Origin: a virus
Taxonomy: Duplodnaviria > Caudoviricetes
DNA: 64,000 bases
Reading direction: 5' to 3' (one strand)
IMG/VR virus record: IMGVR_UViG_3300032233_001498
Span: 1 to 64,000 of that record
Under the pieces are notes generated by a model. The model was not told the origin of the DNA. It searched no databases and saw only the letters and a program-made list of their open reading frames with translations. Shown here piece by piece: positions 19,818-29,067 of the stretch; the stretch's first letter is position 1, and each line of letters starts with the position of its first letter. Both the position numbers and the translations under genes were made by a program.

Positions 19818-20345
19818 ATGAGCGCACTAGATAGAAACCCAACCAATCCGAATCTTCTCCACCCTAATAAGTTTCAACTAAACTTTTCTAGGGCACCGAA
19901 TATTCAGTACTTTTGCCAAGCAGTTAATCTGCCTGGTTTATCATTGTCTGAAATTCCACGTAATACACCATTCGTTGATATCTACTCACCAGGTGAGAAG
20001 GTACAGTATGATGCATTGAACGTTACATTTCTTATTGATGAGAATCTACAGTCATGGTTTGAAATACATGATTGGATTCGTGCATTAACTTTCCCAACAA
20101 GGTTTGAAGAATACCGAGAATTGGGTCAATTATCACCCGTTACTAATCAGAATTTTCCACAATTCTCTGATGCACAATTGACGTTATTAACATCAGCAAA
20201 CAATCCGAATTATAAAATTAAATTCATTGATTGTTTCCCAACGGCACTATCATCAATTATTTTCTCTGCCTCTGATTCACCAGAATCGGTAATGACGGCA
20301 GATGCGACATTCAGATTTTCCTATTTTGATATTGACAGAGACTAA
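19818..20345 (+). CDS. gp3: Tail completion/tube terminator gp3
   Basis: NLLHPNKFQL, YFCQAVNLPG, FLIDENL..W.EIHDW, ADATFRFSYF. Confidence 0.85.
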   Translation: MSALDRNPTNPNLLHPNKFQLNFSRAPNIQYFCQAVNLPGLSLSEIPRNTPFVDIYSPGEKVQYDALNVTFLIDENLQSWFEIHDWIRALTFPTRFEEYRELGQLSPVTNQNFPQFSDAQLTLLTSANNPNYKIKFIDCFPTALSSIIFSASDSPESVMTADATFRFSYFDIDRD

Positions 20346-20360
20346 CTTTTGTGTTAGACT
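20332..20360 (+). promoter_or_regulatory. Sigma70-type promoter for uvsY
   Basis: TTGACA (20332-37), 17-nt spacer, TAGACT (20355-60). Confidence 0.65.
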
Positions 20361-20381
20361 CCTATAAGGAGGCTTTATATT

Positions 20382-20816
20382 ATGAGCAAGTTAGACGATT
20401 TACTCGCCGAATGGGCGAAAGATTCACAGATTGACCGTACCGAACCAGGTAAGGCACTATTAGATATACCCAAACTTCATAGTAAGTATTTGAATATCCT
20501 TTCTAGTCATAGACTATTGATTAAGGATGCCGAGTTTAAGTACAACAAGATGAAGAAACTTAAATGGGAATACTATACTGGCAAGTTGGATGATGACCAA
20601 CTAAACAAACATGGATGGGAACCATTTCCATTCGTACTCAAATCCGACATTACTACATACCTTGAGAGTGACGAGGACTTAAATAAGTACCTTGCACAGA
20701 AAGCAATGCACGCTGAAGTGGTTGAAGTCTGTCAAGCAATTATGAAAGAACTTAGTGCTCGCACGTTTCAATTGCGTGACTTTATAGCATGGGAAAGATT
20801 CATTCAAGGTGTCTGA
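20382..20816 (+). CDS. uvsY: Recombination mediator UvsY
   Basis: W.KDS.ID, IPKLHSKYL, KWEYYTGK; precedes uvsW. Confidence 0.9.
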   Translation: MSKLDDLLAEWAKDSQIDRTEPGKALLDIPKLHSKYLNILSSHRLLIKDAEFKYNKMKKLKWEYYTGKLDDDQLNKHGWEPFPFVLKSDITTYLESDEDLNKYLAQKAMHAEVVEVCQAIMKELSARTFQLRDFIAWERFIQGV

Positions 20817-22275
20817 TTTAAAAATTCACAAGGTCGATGAGGTCTTTGTTCAAATAGAAGGTGAACGTAGTCTGTTACAAGAGTTATCAGATTACTTTAC
20901 CTTTTATGTTCCAGGTTACCAATTTACTCCCGCATACAAATCAAGATATTGGGATGGTAAAATTCGTATGTTGGATTTACGCACCAGTCGTATGTACTAC
21001 GGGTTGGTTCCTTATATCGAAAAGTTTTGTGAAGAACGGGATTATAAAGTCGAATCTTCACCTGAAGTAAAACTTACAGGGAACTTTTCAATAAAAGAAG
21101 CTAACGAGTTTATTAAAACTTTAAGTTTGCCTTTTGAACCACGTGATTATCAAGTCAATTCTTTTGTACATGCAATACGTAATAAACGTATTCTGTTACT
21201 GTCTCCTACCGCATCAGGTAAATCACTAATCATATACTTGATTCTCCGATATCTGCAAGAATCGGATATGGAAAAAGGTATTTTAATTGTACCAACCACA
21301 TCATTGGTTGAACAGATGTACTCAGACTTTGAATCATATGGTTACGATTCAGAAACGTATTGTCACCGACAGTATGCAGGTAAAGATAAACATACAAACA
21401 AGTTTCTAACCATTACTACTTGGCAATCCATCTATACACTTGGACAAGAATACTTTGAACAATTTGATTTTGTTCTTGGTGATGAAGCACACCAATTTAA
21501 GGCAAAATCTTTGACAACGATTCTAACGGGAATGAATCGTGCAAGTTATCGTATTGGTTGTACAGGTACACTTGATGGTACTCAGACACATAAACTGGTA
21601 CTAGAAGGTTTGTTTGGTGCTGTATATCGTTCAACTTCAACATCAGAACTTATTGAACAAGGTCACCTTGCTGAGTTTAAAATTAAGTGTTTGATTTTAA
21701 AATATCCTGATGCAACATGTAAGTTAGCAAAAGATTGGGACTACAATGCAGAGATGAACTACATAGTAGGAAATGCACAACGTAATCAGTTCATTAAGAA
21801 TCTTACATTGTCATTAAATGGGAACACATTAGTATTGTTTCAGTATGTAGAGAAACATGGTCGAGAATTGTACAAATTAATTAATGAGGAAAAGAAGAAA
21901 AGAAAAGTCTTCTTTGTGTTTGGTGGAACAGATGTTGAAATACGTGAGTCAGTTCGTTCTATTACTGAGAAAGAAAATGATGCGATTATTATTGCCAGTT
22001 ATGGTACTTTCTCAACTGGTATTAATATTCGTAATCTTCATAACGTTGTCTTTGCTTCACCAAGCAAGTCTCGCATTAGAAACTTGCAATCAATCGGCCG
22101 AGGTCTACGTAAAGGTGACAACAAAGATTCTGCCACACTATTCGACATTGCAGACGATTTCAGAATAGGCAAATTTACCAATTACACCTTGAAACATTTT
22201 GTTGAACGTGTTAAAATATATGACGAAGAAAAATTCGAATATAAATTTTACAATATAGAACTGAAAAATGGATAA
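20809..22275 (+). CDS. uvsW: DNA helicase UvsW
   Basis: PRDYQ, SPTASGKS, GDEAH, STGINIRNLHN, QSIGRGLR. Confidence 0.95.
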   Translation: MSDLKIHKVDEVFVQIEGERSLLQELSDYFTFYVPGYQFTPAYKSRYWDGKIRMLDLRTSRMYYGLVPYIEKFCEERDYKVESSPEVKLTGNFSIKEANEFIKTLSLPFEPRDYQVNSFVHAIRNKRILLLSPTASGKSLIIYLILRYLQESDMEKGILIVPTTSLVEQMYSDFESYGYDSETYCHRQYAGKDKHTNKFLTITTWQSIYTLGQEYFEQFDFVLGDEAHQFKAKSLTTILTGMNRASYRIGCTGTLDGTQTHKLVLEGLFGAVYRSTSTSELIEQGHLAEFKIKCLILKYPDATCKLAKDWDYNAEMNYIVGNAQRNQFIKNLTLSLNGNTLVLFQYVEKHGRELYKLINEEKKKRKVFFVFGGTDVEIRESVRSITEKENDAIIIASYGTFSTGINIRNLHNVVFASPSKSRIRNLQSIGRGLRKGDNKDSATLFDIADDFRIGKFTNYTLKHFVERVKIYDEEKFEYKFYNIELKNG

Positions 22276-22738
22276 TATAATAAAACTAATACGTTTACAA
22301 TCAGGCGAAGACATTATCGCATCTATTCATCCTGAAGAAGATGGTGAATCAGTTACATTAGGTAATCCAATGACTGTCATCTTTAAACGACTACCGACAG
22401 GTAGAGCAGTAATGATGATGGCACCTTGGTTACCGATTGAATTGATTGAGATAAATTCTGCAACGTTATATATCGCAGACATTTTAACTACCATTGAACC
22501 TAAAGCATCTATGATTCAGTACTATGCAAATGCCGTAGATGAAGCACATGATATTATGAATGATGCAGATGAGGTTGACGAAGCTTTATCTTCAGGTAGA
22601 AATGATGCAAATGATTCCGATTTTATGGAACAAATGAACGATTCGCAAGAAGAAGAACCAGACGATGAAGAATTTGACCAAGAACGATTGAATGAAATGC
22701 TAAAAGGCACTAGTTCTAAGAAGAAGCTGTTACATTAA
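22268..22738 (+). CDS. Hypothetical protein (Sm-like N-terminus, acidic tail)
   Basis: IKLIRLQSGEDIIA..NPM..WLP pattern of a small T4-like family usually found after uvsW. Confidence 0.55.
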   Translation: MDNIIKLIRLQSGEDIIASIHPEEDGESVTLGNPMTVIFKRLPTGRAVMMMAPWLPIELIEINSATLYIADILTTIEPKASMIQYYANAVDEAHDIMNDADEVDEALSSGRNDANDSDFMEQMNDSQEEEPDDEEFDQERLNEMLKGTSSKKKLLH

Positions 22739-22805
22739 TCTTAAACAGCAACACCGAGATAGTAACACGTGTCAAGCGTTAAGTGAGGCAAAGGTGTAGA
22801 AACAC

Positions 22806-22834
22806 TTGACATATGTGCCAATGTAGTATATAAT
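22806..22834 (+). promoter_or_regulatory. Consensus sigma70 promoter for gene 55
   Basis: TTGACA (22806-11), 17 nt, TATAAT (22829-34). Confidence 0.85.
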
Positions 22835-22869
22835 CACTACATGTTAAACTTATTATGGAGATATAATGC

Positions 22870-23526
22870 ATGACAGATACAGTTAAAATTACCGAGGAAA
22901 TGACCGAAAGGTTAGAACCTCCCAAAAAGGCACCACGACATTACGTCAATAATGCCGACTTTCTTACCGCTCTTGTAGATTACAAAGACAGATGCCGTAA
23001 AGCAGATGTTGAAGGTAAAGAACATCCACAGATTCCAAACTATGTGGGTGAATGTTTTTTAAAAATTGCGGAACATTTATCTCGCAAACCAAACTTTATT
23101 TCATATTCCTTCCGTGAAGAAATGATATCTGATGGTATCGAAAATTGTATCATGTACTTTAGGAATTTCGATGAAACGAAGTCTAAAAATCCATTTGCAT
23201 ACTTTACACAAATTATCTACTATGCTTTCCTCCGTAGAATTATGAAGGAGAAGAAACAACTGTATGTGAAATATAAAGCAACACAACAGTTTGGTATTCT
23301 CAATGAGGGTGAGTCATACGAAGATGCCGAAGGTAACATGCAACAGTTTGTATTGTATGATAATATCTCCGAATTTATACAAACATTTGAAGATAACAAG
23401 AAGAAAAAGAAAACAAAAACAAAAGGTGTAGATAAGTTTATCGACTCTGGAGAAGTAACTGAAGAACTGCCTGAAATACCTGAAGATATTTTAACCTTAG
23501 ATGAAATTAATGAGGATGAAAAATGA
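22870..23526 (+). CDS. gp55: Late-transcription sigma factor gp55
   Basis: HYVNNADF, KPNFISYSFREEMISDGIENC, NPFAYFTQIIYYAFLRRI.KEKKQ. Confidence 0.96.
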   Translation: MTDTVKITEEMTERLEPPKKAPRHYVNNADFLTALVDYKDRCRKADVEGKEHPQIPNYVGECFLKIAEHLSRKPNFISYSFREEMISDGIENCIMYFRNFDETKSKNPFAYFTQIIYYAFLRRIMKEKKQLYVKYKATQQFGILNEGESYEDAEGNMQQFVLYDNISEFIQTFEDNKKKKKTKTKGVDKFIDSGEVTEELPEIPEDILTLDEINEDEK

Positions 23527-23936
23527 AAGTAGGATTTACCTGTTCATGTTTTGATTTGTTTCATGCTGGGCACGTTATGATGCTCAAAGAGGCAAGGGAA
23601 CAATGTGATTACCTAATTGTAGGTTTACAAACTGACCCAACGATTGATAGACCTGAGAAAAACAGACCTATACAATCCGTGTTCGAAAGATTCGTACAGT
23701 TAGATGCCTGCAAATACGTAGATGAGGTAGTTGTTTATGCTACGGAAAAAGAGTTGATAGACCTCTTGCTTTCTTATCCTATTAATGTTAGAATACTAGG
23801 AGATGAATATCAAGGCAAACCTTTTACAGGTAATGATATTGATATGGAGTTTTATTTTAATACCCGCCGACATAGTTTCTCAACAACAGAATTGAGGCAA
23901 CGTGTCGTTGATGCTGAAACGAAAAAACGTAAATGA
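23523..23936 (+). CDS. TagD-like cytidylyltransferase (HxGH family)
   Basis: GFTCSCFDLFHAGH, LIVGLQTD, ER..QL.ACKYVDEV, RRHSFSTTELR. Confidence 0.85.
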   Translation: MKVGFTCSCFDLFHAGHVMMLKEAREQCDYLIVGLQTDPTIDRPEKNRPIQSVFERFVQLDACKYVDEVVVYATEKELIDLLLSYPINVRILGDEYQGKPFTGNDIDMEFYFNTRRHSFSTTELRQRVVDAETKKRK

Positions 23937-25000
23937 AGATTGTTATTTTAGGTGATACACATTTTGGAATGCGTGGTGATTCATTAGAGTTTCATCAACA
24001 CTATAAGAAGTTCTATAATGATGTGTTCTTTCCATACTTGTTAGAGAATAATATCAAGATTGTTTACCAACTTGGTGACTTGTTTGACCGCAGAAAGTTT
24101 ATTAACTTCAACTCTCTGTATCTTGCTCGTCAATACTTCTTTAACAAGTTGAAAGAACACAATATTGAATTTCATACCTTGCTAGGCAACCATGACGTTA
24201 CCTACAAGAATACACTTGAAGTCAATTCTTCCCAATTGGTTTTAAATGAATATGAAAACATTACCATCTATGATGCACCAGCGAAGGTAACAATCGATGG
24301 TGTAGATATTGATATTGTACCTTGGATATGTGCAGACAATGAGTTACAGATTGCCGAGTTTATGAAGAACTCTACCTCAGAAATTTGTTTCGGACACTTT
24401 GAAATTGCAGGGTTTGAAATGGATAGAGGCAATGTTTGTCACGAAGGTATTGACAAATCGATGTTAAAGAGATATGATGTTGTATTGAGCGGACACTTTC
24501 ATCACAAATCTACCGATGGGCAGATTACATATGTTGGTACACCGGGTGAAATGACATGGGCAGATTACAATGATGCACGTGGCTTCCATACCTTTGATAC
24601 TGAGACACGTGAGTTGGTGTTCATTGAGAACCCATACAAGATGTTTTATAAACTGACATATGATGATAGTACACAAGACTATGAATATTGGAAGGCATAT
24701 AATTTTGAACAATACAAGAGTGCATATGTAAAAGTGGTTGTGTTGAATAAACAGAACCCATACCTATTTGATAATGTGATTGACAACTTATATAAGGCAA
24801 TGCCTTCTGACATTTCAATCGTTGAAGACTTCACAGAAGTTATTACCGAAGAAGATGCAGAGTTGATTGACCAAGCAGAAGATACAATGACAATTCTAGG
24901 TAAGTACATTGATGGTTTACAAATAAGTGTAGAACCGGATAAACTCAAAACTGTAATGCGTGAGTTATATGTTGAAGCATTGAATACTGAAACTGAATGA
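23933..25000 (+). CDS. gp47: Recombination endonuclease gp47 (Mre11/SbcD-like)
   Basis: GDTHFG, GDLFDRR, GNHD, GHFE, SGHFH. Confidence 0.95.
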   Translation: MKIVILGDTHFGMRGDSLEFHQHYKKFYNDVFFPYLLENNIKIVYQLGDLFDRRKFINFNSLYLARQYFFNKLKEHNIEFHTLLGNHDVTYKNTLEVNSSQLVLNEYENITIYDAPAKVTIDGVDIDIVPWICADNELQIAEFMKNSTSEICFGHFEIAGFEMDRGNVCHEGIDKSMLKRYDVVLSGHFHHKSTDGQITYVGTPGEMTWADYNDARGFHTFDTETRELVFIENPYKMFYKLTYDDSTQDYEYWKAYNFEQYKSAYVKVVVLNKQNPYLFDNVIDNLYKAMPSDISIVEDFTEVITEEDAELIDQAEDTMTILGKYIDGLQISVEPDKLKTVMRELYVEALNTETE

Positions 25001-26709
25001 TAATTTTTAGAAAATTAAGATGGAAGAATTTTCTTTCAACCGGTAATTACTATACAGAATTACAATTAGACCAAGAAGCAAATACACTAGTAGTTGGTTC
25101 AAACGGGTCAGGTAAGAGCACTATGCTAGATGCATTGTGCTTTTCTTTGTTTGGCAAACCATTTCGTGATATCAACAAACCACAATTGATTAACTCTATC
25201 AATGGTAAAGATTGTATTGTTGAAGTTGAGTTTGATGTAGGCAACAAATCATATAAGATTGTTCGTGCAATTAAACCTAACAGATTTGAAATCTATGTGA
25301 ATGGTGAACTACTGAACCAAGATGCCGCAGTACGTGACTACCAAGAACACCTTGAGAAGTTTATTCTTAAACTGAATTACAAATCATTTACTCAAATTGT
25401 TATCTTGGGTAGCGCTTCGTTTGTGCCGTTCATGCAATTGAAACCTGGTGACCGCAGAGAAATCATTGAAGACTTACTTGACATTCAAATCTTTAGTGCC
25501 ATGAATACGGTACTCAAAGACAAGATGACAAACAACAAGGACTTAATGATTTCTAAGAAGTATGACATTGACTTGAATGAACAGAAACTTGAAATGCATA
25601 AATTGCATATCAACGAGCAGAAACAAAACAATGATGTGAAAGTAAAACAATATGATGATGAGATACAAAGTAATCAGAGTGTGGTACAAACCATACATGA
25701 AGAAATTGGCCGACTTACACAAACTGTATCGGAACTCTCCGAACAAGTCATTAGCAAGAGTGAAATTGAGACTAAGGTCAAGACGTTTAATAAACTTGAA
25801 TCTCAAATTGAAAGCAACTTATCCAAATTTCGAAAAGATATACGTTTCTTTGACACAAATGATAGTTGTCCAACGTGTAGGCAGGCCATTGCCTTGGAGT
25901 TTAAGGAGACGGAGCTTACCGGTCTCACCAACAAGGTCGAGAAATGTGAACATGGTCTCAGCGAGCTTGAACAAAAACTAATTGTTGAACAAGATAAACT
26001 GAATGTTATTGCAGATATTCAGAGACAGATTCAAATAAATCAAGTTGAGATTGCAACAAAGAATACCACTATTACCGAAACGAATAAGTATATTTCTAAG
26101 TTGCAAAAAGAAATCAAGACACTAACTGAGAAGAAAGAAAGTTCAGTTACAGAAGAATCACAGTTAACAATTCTAAATGATACGTTGACAACAATGAAGG
26201 CTGACTTGAAGGCATTGATTGATGAGAAGACTTATTATGAAGTTGCCTCAAACTTGTTAAAAGATACAGGTATCAAAACGAAGATTATTCGTCAGTACTT
26301 GCCTATCATTAATAAGTTGGTGAACAAACACTTGGCAACATTGGACTTCTTTGTTAACTTTAACCTTGATGAAAGTTTCAAAGAAACAATTAAGTCCCGT
26401 CACCGTGATGAATTCAGTTACGCATCATTTAGTGAAGGTGAGAAACAACGTATTGACATGGCACTTATGTTGACATGGCGTGCAGTTGCAAAATTAAAGA
26501 ACTCAGCAAATACAAACTTGTTGATTTTGGATGAAGTGTTTGATAGTAGTCTCGACACCAATGGTACAGAATACTTGATGAACATTTTACAGATGTTAGA
26601 GAATGTGAATCTTTTTGTTATCTCTCATAAGGGTGATATACTACAAGATAAATTTAGAAGTGTGATTCGTTTTGATAAAGTTAAGAATTTTTCGAGGATT
26701 GTAAAATGA
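24997..26709 (+). CDS. gp46: Recombination ATPase gp46 (Rad50/SbcC-like)
   Basis: GSNGSGKST, CPTCRQ zinc hook, FSEGEKQR signature, LDEVFD. Confidence 0.96.
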   Translation: MIIFRKLRWKNFLSTGNYYTELQLDQEANTLVVGSNGSGKSTMLDALCFSLFGKPFRDINKPQLINSINGKDCIVEVEFDVGNKSYKIVRAIKPNRFEIYVNGELLNQDAAVRDYQEHLEKFILKLNYKSFTQIVILGSASFVPFMQLKPGDRREIIEDLLDIQIFSAMNTVLKDKMTNNKDLMISKKYDIDLNEQKLEMHKLHINEQKQNNDVKVKQYDDEIQSNQSVVQTIHEEIGRLTQTVSELSEQVISKSEIETKVKTFNKLESQIESNLSKFRKDIRFFDTNDSCPTCRQAIALEFKETELTGLTNKVEKCEHGLSELEQKLIVEQDKLNVIADIQRQIQINQVEIATKNTTITETNKYISKLQKEIKTLTEKKESSVTEESQLTILNDTLTTMKADLKALIDEKTYYEVASNLLKDTGIKTKIIRQYLPIINKLVNKHLATLDFFVNFNLDESFKETIKSRHRDEFSYASFSEGEKQRIDMALMLTWRAVAKLKNSANTNLLILDEVFDSSLDTNGTEYLMNILQMLENVNLFVISHKGDILQDKFRSVIRFDKVKNFSRIVK

Positions 26710-27278
26710 GTGAAGTGTTAACGTTTAATACCGAAAGTGGTATTGTACAAGAGGAAGAGATTCTACCTCTTCAAGTACTAGATGAGAATTTTCCTGGCCT
26801 ACGTTCTAGTTTGCCAGAAATTGATGTGACTGCATTACCTAATAATGTAACTACTAATTTGGTCAAGCGATTGAAAATGACCATGAAGTTGTATAATGGA
26901 TTAGGTCTTTCGGCAAGTCAATGCGGCATTATGCAAAGAGTTTTTGTTATCGGTACAGACCAGTTTCAAATTGCCTGTATCAATCCTAAAATTGTTTCAA
27001 GTAAGGCAGAAGTTGCAAAAGACAAAGAAGGTTGCCTCTCTTTTCCAGGTTTATCGCTTATAATAGAAAGACCAAAAAGTATTGATGTTGAGTTCTATAC
27101 CGAAAACGGTGAACTCAAACAGATGACACTTGATGGATTGACTGCAAGATGTTTTCAACATGAACTAGACCACCTGAATGGTATTCGGATGACTGAGCAT
27201 GTTAAACCACTTGCATTACAGATGGCTCGAAAAAGACAAAGCAAATTGATTAAACAATACGTGAAAAGATTAAAATAA
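26706..27278 (+). CDS. def: Peptide deformylase
   Basis: GLGLSASQ, EGCLS and QHELDHL motifs. Confidence 0.93.
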   Translation: MSEVLTFNTESGIVQEEEILPLQVLDENFPGLRSSLPEIDVTALPNNVTTNLVKRLKMTMKLYNGLGLSASQCGIMQRVFVIGTDQFQIACINPKIVSSKAEVAKDKEGCLSFPGLSLIIERPKSIDVEFYTENGELKQMTLDGLTARCFQHELDHLNGIRMTEHVKPLALQMARKRQSKLIKQYVKRLK

Positions 27279-28615
27279 TGGCATTCTCATTTGACCCAAA
27301 AGATGACGTAGAAACTCAATGGCTGAAATGGCAAGAAACAAATCCTGCCGATTCATTCATTGATGTTGACGAAGGTAAACTTAAAGAACAGGTTATCTCC
27401 GACTTGTCGTATGTCTCTCAGATGGATGTCAAAGAATATACCTTATATCAAAAGTGGTGTGAGATTCATCAGAAGTATCCAACATTTACCAACAACACAT
27501 TGTTTGGTGAAGAGGTACAACTTTTAGACCCATCACAACAAAAGTTCATTGATGAAATCAAGTCGAACATTTGGATTCCTACCGCACCAGAAGACTATGT
27601 AAATTTGAAACCAATTCTTGTATACACGGATGATTCTGGTTCGATTATGTCAACAGGAATCGATGGCTCAGAAGTTAAGATTGATACGAAACGTAGTAAC
27701 TTACCGGAAGTATGGAACACGATTCGTAATTTCATTTCTACAATGAAGAACAACAGCAACATTGGGCGCAACTTAAACTTCCTTGCAATGGATGAGATTA
27801 CTGGCAAATATATTGGTGTTGTCTGTATAAGTTCCGATTTCCTTGATTTAACTCCACGTGACAACACTATCGGTTGGAAACGTGAATTGAAAACACAAGG
27901 CGGCATGATTAATCATACTGCGATTGGTTCCACAATTGTTCCATTCCAACCACTTGGTTATAACTATGTTGGTGGCAAACTGCTTGCCCTCTTATGTCTA
28001 TCAGACGAGGTTCAACGTTTGTGGAAGAAACAATACGGTGATACATTAGTTGGTGTTACAACAACATCACTCTATGGTAAAACTAAGGCAGGTGGACTAT
28101 CACAGTATGATAACTTAGACCATTGGTTGCCAATGGGTTTTTCAAGTGGTTCTGTATCATTTGAACCTGAACGTGAGACACGTTATCTTATTCGTGAGTG
28201 GTTGAAAAAGAATCACACACGTAGATACTTTGAATGGTATATTGCAAAGAAAGCATCAGGTCAACCACATAAGCGTGACCATAAGAATCGTTCATTGAAT
28301 TTCACTTATTCTAAGTTGAATATTCCTAAAGAAATCATTCGTGCTGAACATCACCGTGGTATTTACTTTAGTCCACTTTACAATAATACCTATGAGTTCT
28401 TACGTGGTGAAATTAAAGAAGACCAATTGGTGAAATCTTTCGACACATCATATGATGCCCTCGTTTCAATTTGGAAAAACAAGTTGGTAAAAGGACGCAT
28501 TAAACAATTGGTGAAGAAAGGTAATGTTTCATATGAAACACTTTTCTATGATGATTTGATTTACCTGTCATGGGAAGAAACTAAGGCAAAGTATCTGTCA
28601 CAAGTCGGCAGATGA
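27278..28615 (+). CDS. DUF4338/DruA-like protein (Mom-like GNAT fold inferred)
   Basis: IGRNLNF..YIGVVCISSDFLDL.PRD..IGW and IVPFQPLGYNYVGGKLLAL..TTTSLYG resemble the DruA/DUF4338 pattern as recalled; not searched. Confidence 0.55.
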   Translation: MAFSFDPKDDVETQWLKWQETNPADSFIDVDEGKLKEQVISDLSYVSQMDVKEYTLYQKWCEIHQKYPTFTNNTLFGEEVQLLDPSQQKFIDEIKSNIWIPTAPEDYVNLKPILVYTDDSGSIMSTGIDGSEVKIDTKRSNLPEVWNTIRNFISTMKNNSNIGRNLNFLAMDEITGKYIGVVCISSDFLDLTPRDNTIGWKRELKTQGGMINHTAIGSTIVPFQPLGYNYVGGKLLALLCLSDEVQRLWKKQYGDTLVGVTTTSLYGKTKAGGLSQYDNLDHWLPMGFSSGSVSFEPERETRYLIREWLKKNHTRRYFEWYIAKKASGQPHKRDHKNRSLNFTYSKLNIPKEIIRAEHHRGIYFSPLYNNTYEFLRGEIKEDQLVKSFDTSYDALVSIWKNKLVKGRIKQLVKKGNVSYETLFYDDLIYLSWEETKAKYLSQVGR

Positions 28616-28627
28616 TGAAAATAGTGG

Positions 28628-28657
28628 TTGCTTTTCATATTAGAAAGCCTATATAAT
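28628..28657 (+). promoter_or_regulatory. Sigma70-type promoter for the tRNA-like RNA
   Basis: TTGCTT (28628-33), 18 nt, TATAAT (28652-57), ending 9 nt before the RNA. Confidence 0.65.
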
Positions 28658-28666
28658 TATATCAAT

Positions 28667-28733
28667 GCGGTTGTTGTAGAACAGTTCAGGTGTCCAACTT
28701 GAACGGTATGTGCGAATCATACAAACCGCTCCA
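28667..28733 (+). tRNA. Atypical tRNA-Gly(UCC)-like RNA, 67 nt, reduced D arm
   Basis: Acceptor GCGGTT/AACCGC + T + CCA; anticodon stem GTTCAGG/CTTGAAC with loop TGTCCAA; T arm GTATG-TGCGAAT-CATAC; 3-bp D arm. Confidence 0.75.
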
Positions 28734-28747
28734 AATTCACAAGTTAA

Positions 28748-28781
28748 GAGACTGTTGCGTAAAAACAACAGTCTTTTTTTT
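28748..28781 (+). terminator. Intrinsic terminator after the tRNA-like RNA
   Basis: AGACTGTTG-CGTAAAAA-CAACAGTCT followed by a T run. Confidence 0.7.
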
Positions 28782-28784
28782 CGC

Positions 28785-28813
28785 TTGCCTTACCCATTAC
28801 CTTGTGTTATACT
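28785..28813 (+). promoter_or_regulatory. Sigma70-type promoter
   Basis: TTGCCT, 17 nt, TATACT. Confidence 0.6.
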
Positions 28814-28838
28814 GGTCTTTTGAGTTGAGGACTATAAC

Positions 28839-29036
28839 ATGATTGATAACGATTATTCCCATACCCTCTTGGAGCAAGAGGAACAACGGTTCCATTTTAG
28901 TACTTTTGATGTACAAGATGCATTCTTGACCTTTTCGGTCAAGAATATACTTGATGAGGTGCGTAAAAATCCTGTTATAAATCAACAGCTTACAGATTAC
29001 CTAAAAACGCTTGACATTGCTGAGGAAGTGTGTTAG
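28839..29036 (+). CDS. Small hypothetical protein
   Basis: SD GAGGA and an upstream promoter; 65 aa. Confidence 0.55.
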   Translation: MIDNDYSHTLLEQEEQRFHFSTFDVQDAFLTFSVKNILDEVRKNPVINQQLTDYLKTLDIAEEVC

Positions 29037-29039
29037 GAT
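29011..29039 (+). promoter_or_regulatory. Sigma70-type promoter for the peptidase-VWA gene
   Basis: TTGACA (29011-16), 17 nt, TAGGAT (29034-39). Confidence 0.65.
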
Positions 29040-29067
29040 AGAGGTATAGAAAATAAAAAAGGCAATT

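Noticed and set aside
28752-28771. LexA/SOS box
   Set aside because: Spacing is CTGT-N12-ACAG, not the CTGT-N8-ACAG of the E. coli-type box.
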